This document shows, one piece after another, positions 57,579 to 64,000 of a stretch of DNA of 64,000 nt (position 1 is its first letter; each line of letters starts with the position of its first letter). The translations under genes were made by a program, and so were the position numbers. The stretch is from Planctomycetota bacterium (GTDB taxonomy: Bacteria > Planctomycetota > GCA-002687715 > DRQF01): NCBI GenBank assembly GCA_036479435.1, contig JAZGFI010000147.1, forward strand, positions 25,866-89,865, in the 5' to 3' direction. Below the pieces are notes generated by a model that searched no databases, was not told the DNA's origin, and saw only the letters and a list, made by a program, of their open reading frames with translations.

Positions 57579-57806
57579 CTAGGGCTCCTCACGTGGCACT
57601 CGAAGTACGAGTAAGGTCTCCCCCTGGGGGCTGTGTACATACACTGTCTTTCCCATGCAAGCGGATTTGACATACCTCGCTGGCTCGATCACATATTTCT
57701 CTCGGCTGACGCGAACTACATGCCGACTTGAACCGATCCGATCACGAGTACCTTGTGCGATGTTTCTGTTTTGGGCTACGCGCTTGCTCATGCCCAAATC
57801 TATCAA
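57579..57806 (-). CDS. Small basic hypothetical protein
   Basis: 75-codon ORF ending 5 nt before the next start on the same strand. Confidence 0.35.
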   Translation of the reverse strand: MIDLGMSKRVAQNRNIAQGTRDRIGSSRHVVRVSREKYVIEPARYVKSACMGKTVYVHSPQGETLLVLRVPREEP

Positions 57807-57917
57807 CTTCGGCTGACATTTTCTTCATGATGTTCGCGGCTAAACTCTCTCGGTGACGAGGTGGATCTGGGGCGAACTTTTCGAATTGGTGCCACGAGCT
57901 GCTGCTGCGAGAGATGA

Positions 57918-58871
57918 CTAGAATTTGGCGACTTCGGTGATGATTTCGGGGATGTCGTTTTCGAGGAAGGCGCGGAGGGTGGTGGGGGTGAAGCCGAGGT
58001 CGATGAGGCTGGGGGCTTCGAGGATTCCGTGGGGGCGTTGGAAGCGTCCGAGGCCCATGGCGATGCAGAGGTCGCCGGCGGCTTCGGCGACTCGGGTGGA
58101 GTCGAATTGGGCGAGGCTTTCTTCGTCGGGGAGGCGGCCGGTTAAGTGGGAGCTGATGGCGTCAACGATAGCGGGGGGTAAGTCCCAGCTGTCGGCGACT
58201 TGCTTGCCCACTCCTCGGTGAAGCACTTCGATGACGATGTCGACGCTGTCGTCGACCTGTGGTTTTTTGCTCAGCTTGCCGCGGTTTTCGATGTTGATGA
58301 GAATCGGCAAGCGACCGATGTCGTGGAGCAGACCTGCCAAGTAGCAGGTTTCAGGGTCGAGGCCGAAGATGAGAGCAAGTTTGCGCGAGATGGTCGCGGC
58401 GTGAATGGAGTAGACCCATTCCATGCGGGAGTATTCGACCGCCGCCAAGTTGCCGCTTAACTTCTTCAGAGCGGCTTCGAGGACGACGCTCTTCAGGCGT
58501 TTTGTGCCCAGATAGCTCGTTGCGTGATAGATATTGTCGATGGTGTGTCGCGCACCGAACAGCGAAGAGTTGGCGTAGCGCAGAACCGTGGCGGTCATCG
58601 TTGGATCGATTTTGATCGTGTCCGCGATATCGTCGAGGTCGGTATCTGGTGATCGCATGAGTTTGACAAGACTCATGGCGACTTTGGGCATCGGGGGGAT
58701 TTCGAGCATCCCTTTGTCCGAAGCAGTGGCCAAGTCGTCGAGCATGCCACGGCCGTCCTTGTCGAGCGCACTTTGGCCCGGCAAGTAAAGCTCGCCTTCA
58801 AAGCTCTCGTTTTCCCACCAAGTTCCTACGCAGGGAATGATGGTGTCGGTATTTGAAGTCGCTCCCGACAT
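57918..58871 (-). CDS. HDOD domain protein
   Basis: IPPMP, DPTMTATVLRYANS, LAGLLHDIGRL, HRGVG..VADSWDLP. Confidence 0.9.
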   Translation of the reverse strand: MSGATSNTDTIIPCVGTWWENESFEGELYLPGQSALDKDGRGMLDDLATASDKGMLEIPPMPKVAMSLVKLMRSPDTDLDDIADTIKIDPTMTATVLRYANSSLFGARHTIDNIYHATSYLGTKRLKSVVLEAALKKLSGNLAAVEYSRMEWVYSIHAATISRKLALIFGLDPETCYLAGLLHDIGRLPILINIENRGKLSKKPQVDDSVDIVIEVLHRGVGKQVADSWDLPPAIVDAISSHLTGRLPDEESLAQFDSTRVAEAAGDLCIAMGLGRFQRPHGILEAPSLIDLGFTPTTLRAFLENDIPEIITEVAKF

Positions 58872-58875
58872 GCTC

Positions 58876-60609
58876 TTACTCCGCCATGATGATGCCCATG
58901 GCCTCGTCCAGGGACGTAATGCCCCGGTTTACGAGGTCGATGACACCTTCGGTGAGACTGACCATGCCTTCGCGCTTTGCGATCTGCTGCACTTGAACTT
59001 CGGTTCCGCCTTCCGTGATGGCGCGTTTCATTTCCTTCGTCTTGACGGACATGACTTCGAAAACTGGAATGCGGCCTTTGTAGCCGGTGCCATTGCAGTT
59101 GTCGCAGCCCTCGCCTTTGGCGAGGTAGTCAACAGACGCGAGGGTCGTTTGGTCGAGATCACTGCGTTCGGCCTCGGCGATGTCGACGTCTACTTTGCAA
59201 TTGGTGCAGATGCGCCGCACAAGACGCTGGGCGACGACCAACTTGACGGCCGAAGCCACCAAGTAAGGCTCGATACCCATGTCGACCATGCGGACCACGG
59301 TGCTGGGCGCATCGTTGGTGTGCAAAGTCGAAAGCACCAAGTGACCGGTCAGCGCGGCCTTGACGGCGATGGCGGCGGTTTCGTAGTCGCGCATTTCGCC
59401 GACGAGGATGATGTCAGGGTCTTGACGCAGAAACGACTTCAAGGCCTTGTCGAAGGTCATCCCCATTACCGGGCGCACGGGGACCTGCGTGATGCCCTCG
59501 AGTCGGTACTCGACCGGGTCCTCGGCGGTGACGATGTTGACATCGTCTTCGTTGAGCTGGTTTAGGAAAGTGTAGAGCGTCGTGGTCTTACCACTACCCG
59601 TAGGGCCCGTCACCAAGATCATGCCGTAGGGGTTGGCGATGGCCTCACGGATGCCCTCAAGAGCCCGGCCTTCGAATCCCAGGTCGTCGACGCAGCCGCG
59701 AAGTTCACTGGTCCCCAACACGCGCATAACGATTTTCTCGCCCCAGAGGTTTGGGAGCGATGAAACGCGAAAGTCGATGCTTTCTTCGTCGGTCAAAGAG
59801 ACTTTGATGCCGCCGTCTTGAGGGACGCGTTTTTCGGCGATGTCCATTTCGGCCATGATCTTCATTCGCGAGATGATGGCACTCTTGGTTTCATTGGGCA
59901 GATGCAGCACATCAATAAGAGTGCCGTCAATTCGGTAGCGGACGCGCAGATACTCTTCCATCGTTTCGACGTGAATATCGGAGGCCCCCATTTTTAGGGC
60001 CTTTAACAAGATCCCGGCGACAGTCTTCACGACCGGGGGATCGAGTTCATTCAGCTCAAGCCGTGGTAGCCCATTGTCGCCGGAGTCGTCTTCAGTGGCT
60101 CCGGTGATCTCCTGAACCGCATTGCCCAGTCCTTTCTCGATAATCGCGAGATCGGGAATGAGCTCTGACGGGGGTGGGGTCTGCCGCGTTTGTTTTACTT
60201 CGGTGCCGTAGAAGCGCCCGGCGGCTTTGGCCAAGGATGTCGGCCCGGACACCGTCACCTTGATCGAAAGACCCGTCGAGCGCGCGAGTCGTTGGATGAC
60301 GCGATCGTTGCCGGGGTCGGCGGTGGCAACGATCAGCTGAGCGCCTTCTTTTTTGATCGGTAAGCACTGAGTGCTTTCGAAGAGGCTCTGTGGAATGAGA
60401 GCGACGGCTTCGGGGTCAGGCACGACGTTTTCAATGTCGGCCTCGTCGAGTCCAAAGCTGTGGGCGATGGTCTCAACGTAGGTTCGCTCTTCAACCAAGC
60501 GGCCTTCGATGATCGCCTGCGGAAGCGGTGTCCCCGCGCTGCGCGCCTGCTGCAGCTGTTTTTCGTCGATGACTTGGGCTTCTAGGAGCGCCTGTCCGAC
60601 ATCCTGCAT
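58876..60609 (-). CDS. pilB: PilB/GspE family secretion ATPase
   Basis: ASDIHVE, EKRVPQDG, TGPTGSGKTTT, TAEDPVE, LRQDPDIILVGEMRD, TGHLVLSTLHTN, tetracysteine motif. Confidence 0.88.
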   Translation of the reverse strand: MQDVGQALLEAQVIDEKQLQQARSAGTPLPQAIIEGRLVEERTYVETIAHSFGLDEADIENVVPDPEAVALIPQSLFESTQCLPIKKEGAQLIVATADPGNDRVIQRLARSTGLSIKVTVSGPTSLAKAAGRFYGTEVKQTRQTPPPSELIPDLAIIEKGLGNAVQEITGATEDDSGDNGLPRLELNELDPPVVKTVAGILLKALKMGASDIHVETMEEYLRVRYRIDGTLIDVLHLPNETKSAIISRMKIMAEMDIAEKRVPQDGGIKVSLTDEESIDFRVSSLPNLWGEKIVMRVLGTSELRGCVDDLGFEGRALEGIREAIANPYGMILVTGPTGSGKTTTLYTFLNQLNEDDVNIVTAEDPVEYRLEGITQVPVRPVMGMTFDKALKSFLRQDPDIILVGEMRDYETAAIAVKAALTGHLVLSTLHTNDAPSTVVRMVDMGIEPYLVASAVKLVVAQRLVRRICTNCKVDVDIAEAERSDLDQTTLASVDYLAKGEGCDNCNGTGYKGRIPVFEVMSVKTKEMKRAITEGGTEVQVQQIAKREGMVSLTEGVIDLVNRGITSLDEAMGIIMAE

Positions 60610-60836
60610 CCGTCCGTTTCCTCAAGTTCGTCCTAGGGTCGAGTCGGTCAGCTGAGAATCCACGCCACCGGTTTTTTATCGACCAACTCACGATCGGGGC
60701 TGAGCCGAATCTGTCCCGGCGATTCCCAACCAAAGTTCTCCATATTCCCAATCGGAACGACTGCGCAGAAACCTTGATGGCTTTCGCATTTAGCAAGGTC
60801 GGTTGGCGGGAATCTCCATAGCCTTGGCAAGGAAAA

Positions 60837-62753
60837 CTAGTGTTGTTCAGCGCTGGGGTCGGCATTGACCCTTTTGAAAAGTCGCTCGCGGATTTCCAAT
60901 CGTTTGAGCGCGAGATAGCCCTTGCGGTCACCGATGCGTTTAAGCGCCTCGGAGGCGCGCGGTCGCAAGAAACAGTTGCTAAGAGCCTTGACCAGATCGG
61001 GAACGGCTTCTTTGCAGCGCGCTTCGCCCAAAGACTCGCAGGCTTGCTGCCGCACCGAAATATCGCCGTAGGCGATCGCATCGAGCATTCGCTTGGTCAC
61101 GGCTTCGTTCGCGGCTGCAAAGGGGCCGATGGCTTCAAAGACCGCGAGTTGCACATCGACGTTTTCGTCTTGACTGGCGGTCAACAAGGCCGGGATGGAC
61201 TTGGGGTCCTCCAAGTCCTTGAGCTTTTCGGCACCGAACTTTCGGACGCCGGACCAACCCGACGTCAGGCACTCGATGAGGAAATCGACGCTTTCGACTT
61301 TCTCGTAGTTCTTCAGCGCCTCTTTGGCCTTCACCATCGGTTTGCCGCGGCATTCCATTGCGGTGCGGATGAGCGGGAGCAGGGCGCGCTCGTCTTGGGC
61401 CTCAGCCAAACCAAAAGCGACGTTCCGAATCATATCCGTGTCGTGCGTGTCCATGAGGCTAAAAAGAGCGTCCGCTCGCATCTCTGGCGGGTAGCACATG
61501 AGGCCCTCGATGGCAGCGCGGCGTAGGCGACGAATGACGCTCTTGCCCAGGGCCATCAAGGCCTTTAGGGCTTCTTCGTTGCAGGCCTGGCCCAGTGTCT
61601 TGGCGGTTACCGCTAAGCTGTCGAGGTACTCCCGTTGCTTAAGGTCGGTACAAGATGAGCCTTGGTAAAGGAACTCGATGTAGGGTTGCAGCAGCTCGTT
61701 GTGTACGACTCCGCGATTGGCAAGGCAGGACAATGCTCGTCGTCTGACTTCACCGTCTTGGGTGCGCACGATTCGAACGAGTTCGGGGCTTGAGTCTTTG
61801 ATTCCACATAACAAGTCGATGGCGACGTTGCGGACATCGTCTTCGATATCGTCCAGTGCCAATTCAAGCGTTTGTAGGGCACCATCTCCCGCCACGCTGG
61901 CAAAAGCCTTCAGAGCTGCCATCCTCACCTCGATGGTAGCGTCACCCACCAAACCCACGAGAATATCGCCGGAAGTTGCGTCGGCGTGCTTCGCGTAGAT
62001 TGGTAACACCCGTGCTTTTATCTCCGGCCGCGGATCGACGAGTAGTGGTAGCAGTACGAAGTCTGAGACATGGTGACAGGCTTCAAGCGCGGACCAACAG
62101 GCATCGCCGAACTTGCCCGTGGCACGTTGAACGAGGCTCGCGAGAGCTTGGCTTGATTCTTCCCCGCCAATAATTCCAAGCCGTCTCGCCGCAATCATGC
62201 GAACGGATTCTGGGAATTTGTCGGACATGAGCTCCATCGTCCAACGGTCATCCATCAAAGAGATGATCCCCTCGGCCGTCGCGTTATTGAGACCGGCCAG
62301 AATGTTGGGTTGGCGTTCGATGCGACGAAGGATGATGCGCGACGCTCGTTGCGATAGTGATTTTTGAGGGTCGCGGGCCGCGCGCAACAAGTGGGGCAGG
62401 ACAGCTGAGGCCCCTATCGTCGAGAGTCCGGTAATGACGGCACCGCGAAGAAAGGGATTTGGGTTGCCAAGGGCATCGCCCATAGCCCTCAGGGCACCGT
62501 TTGACTCTAGTACCGCAAGTTGATTGATGACGCCTTCGAGGGTTCCGATCTGCGCAGTCGATAGGACATTACCCAGTGCATCCCAAGCATCGGCGTTGTC
62601 GATAGCAATGAAGCCCTGGACGACGGCATTGGCTTCCATGGCCGTCAGTGAGGGCTGCTCCAACACCTCAAGCAGGGCATCGAGATCTTGCGAGCGAACT
62701 AGGAAGTCGACGCGCCGATCGATCTTTTTCTTTTTACGTCGAAAGAGGGCCAT
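60837..62753 (-). CDS. HEAT repeat protein
   Basis: Many LxDxxxxVRxxAxxAL-type repeats throughout. Confidence 0.88.
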   Translation of the reverse strand: MALFRRKKKKIDRRVDFLVRSQDLDALLEVLEQPSLTAMEANAVVQGFIAIDNADAWDALGNVLSTAQIGTLEGVINQLAVLESNGALRAMGDALGNPNPFLRGAVITGLSTIGASAVLPHLLRAARDPQKSLSQRASRIILRRIERQPNILAGLNNATAEGIISLMDDRWTMELMSDKFPESVRMIAARRLGIIGGEESSQALASLVQRATGKFGDACWSALEACHHVSDFVLLPLLVDPRPEIKARVLPIYAKHADATSGDILVGLVGDATIEVRMAALKAFASVAGDGALQTLELALDDIEDDVRNVAIDLLCGIKDSSPELVRIVRTQDGEVRRRALSCLANRGVVHNELLQPYIEFLYQGSSCTDLKQREYLDSLAVTAKTLGQACNEEALKALMALGKSVIRRLRRAAIEGLMCYPPEMRADALFSLMDTHDTDMIRNVAFGLAEAQDERALLPLIRTAMECRGKPMVKAKEALKNYEKVESVDFLIECLTSGWSGVRKFGAEKLKDLEDPKSIPALLTASQDENVDVQLAVFEAIGPFAAANEAVTKRMLDAIAYGDISVRQQACESLGEARCKEAVPDLVKALSNCFLRPRASEALKRIGDRKGYLALKRLEIRERLFKRVNADPSAEQH

Positions 62754-62757
62754 CGGG

Positions 62758-62967
62758 TTAGGCGTCCAAATCGCCGGGCTGAAGGTTCTCGAAGTACCAG
62801 GTCAGGTCGTCGACCATCATCTTGTGGATCGCCGCATGGCTTCTGGTTCCCCGCACGACCCCCAACATGTCGAGGATCTCCGAGAGTCCGCGGCCAAACA
62901 GTTCGATGTCGGCCTCGTCTGGCGTATTCCCCAGTGCCGCCATGGTCTCTTCAGTTCGGCTCAGCAT
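62758..62967 (-). CDS. Small acidic hypothetical protein
   Basis: 69-codon ORF with native codon usage, ending 4 nt before the HEAT gene start. Confidence 0.55.
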   Translation of the reverse strand: MLSRTEETMAALGNTPDEADIELFGRGLSEILDMLGVVRGTRSHAAIHKMMVDDLTWYFENLQPGDLDA

Positions 62968-63174
62968 GCCCAGTCCACCTTCACTCCGACGCCGGACGCC
63001 TCGTGCCTCCGTCTTTCCTCATCAAATCTTCGGATTTAGGGGCCTTTGGGCTTGAAATTCCTCACCGGACCAAAGACAAAAGCAAATCTTTCCACGACTC
63101 TTCCACGGGATATTGTCTCAATAAAAGTTCATAAGAAGTGATTGCCATATAGGTTACGAATCAGACTGCAAAAG

Positions 63175-63183
63175 TTATCCACA
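63175..63183 (+). promoter_or_regulatory. Consensus DnaA box
   Basis: TTATCCACA next to an AT-rich intergenic stretch. Confidence 0.4.
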
Positions 63184-63353
63184 AGCTTTCCAGACTCTTG
63201 ATGTCCCCAGCCTCAAAAGGCCGCGCTGCCGGCTTCATCGCCATCGCTTTCACCCTTGGACCCAGGCCCAGCCTTCGATGCGCGTCATTCTTTGCCTTCG
63301 GCGCGCTGAATTGCCTTTTGAGCGAGGCGTCCTAGCTCTGCTAACCTTCTCCC

Positions 63354-63866
63354 ATGAAGACTCTCAGCATCTCTCTCGTCGTCATGATCGCCGCCCTCAT
63401 CGCCATCCCCAGCTGTGTGTCCGGCGAACCTGATCCTGGTTACGACAACGCCGGCCCCGCCGGCCACGGCGTCGTCCCCACTGGCTCCAGCCACCTCCAA
63501 CCCGCCGATGGCTGGCAGGAACTCCCCGATCCCCGAACCCCTCTCTTCAAACCCAAAGTGGCCCGCTATCCCGAAGTCCCCACCTCGCGTCTCGCCTCCC
63601 TCCGCCGCAACATGACCGAATCCGAACTCCTCGACATCATGGGCCCGCCTCTCGAAAAATCCGTCCGCCAACACAGCACCGACACCGGTCGCGACTGGAA
63701 CGCCTGGGTCTGGCACTGGCGCTACCAAGACTCCCGCTTCTCCGACGCCCCCCTCGCCCGCGACTTCGAAGCCCGCCTTGCCTTCATCGACAGCCGCGAC
63801 ACCGCCGTTGGCCGCACCAACATCCAAGGCCCCGTCTGGATCCTCACCGGCTGGGACCTCCACTAA
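63354..63866 (+). CDS. Putative lipoprotein with SmpA/OmlA(BamE)-like motif
   Basis: MKTLSISLVVMIAALIAIPS-C lipobox-like; LRRNMTESELLDIMGPP. Confidence 0.65.
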   Translation: MKTLSISLVVMIAALIAIPSCVSGEPDPGYDNAGPAGHGVVPTGSSHLQPADGWQELPDPRTPLFKPKVARYPEVPTSRLASLRRNMTESELLDIMGPPLEKSVRQHSTDTGRDWNAWVWHWRYQDSRFSDAPLARDFEARLAFIDSRDTAVGRTNIQGPVWILTGWDLH

Positions 63867-63964
63867 AAACCACCATCTCCGCAAGCGCCCAAGTCGCTAA
63901 GCAATCATCAAGCGTTCCGAGTCCAACTCGGGGAGCTAACTCTCAAACACAAACCTGAGAACAG

Positions 63965-63998
63965 AAAGCCGTGGCTAACCCCACGGCTTTTCTTCTTC
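63965..63998 (+). terminator. Hairpin plus T tract (intrinsic terminator or REP-like element)
   Basis: AAAGCCGTGG-CTAACC-CCACGGCTTT followed by TCTTCTT. Confidence 0.65.
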
Positions 63999-64000
63999 CC

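Noticed and set aside
58837..59565. Long antisense and shifted-frame ORFs (also 468-1283, 6959-7540, 25075-25926, 48166-48837, 63285-63884)
   Set aside because: Shadow ORFs of GC-rich genes with no recognisable motifs.

Overview
A GC-rich bacterial chromosome segment, probably from Planctomycetota. This is an inference from the gene repertoire: a Ser/Thr kinase with an MshEN-like N-terminus, FGE-sulfatase and HEAT proteins, an RS/Tyr-rich secreted protein and a Thr-type sulfatase-like protein. The backbone is housekeeping: carA-purA-uppS-cdsA-phoH-ybeY-kinase, kdsA, an RluA-family synthase, prkA-yeaH-spoVR, leuS, queG, trxB, proline dehydrogenase and tRNA-Leu(TAA). Three accessory patches interrupt it: (1) a TIR-NTPase-TPR (NLR-like) gene plus two broken AAA/DUF4143-type ATPase remnants, 17.7-21.5 kb; (2) a nitroreductase / MarR / QueG-like-SCP2 islet with a twice-repeated palindromic operator, 27.8-30.5 kb; (3) a large nested hairpin and orphan ORFs after tRNA-Leu, 56.5-57.8 kb. 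The best candidate for an undescribed system is the surface-glycan modification cluster at 38-53 kb. It contains a divergent pyruvate-kinase barrel fused to a LicC-type nucleotidyltransferase, translationally coupled to a sulfate adenylyltransferase and converging on a flippase-GT2-GT4-sulfatase-like transferase operon. A positional C/G strand skew pointing into the variable sites is also visible. All calls come from reading motifs by eye; no database searches were run.
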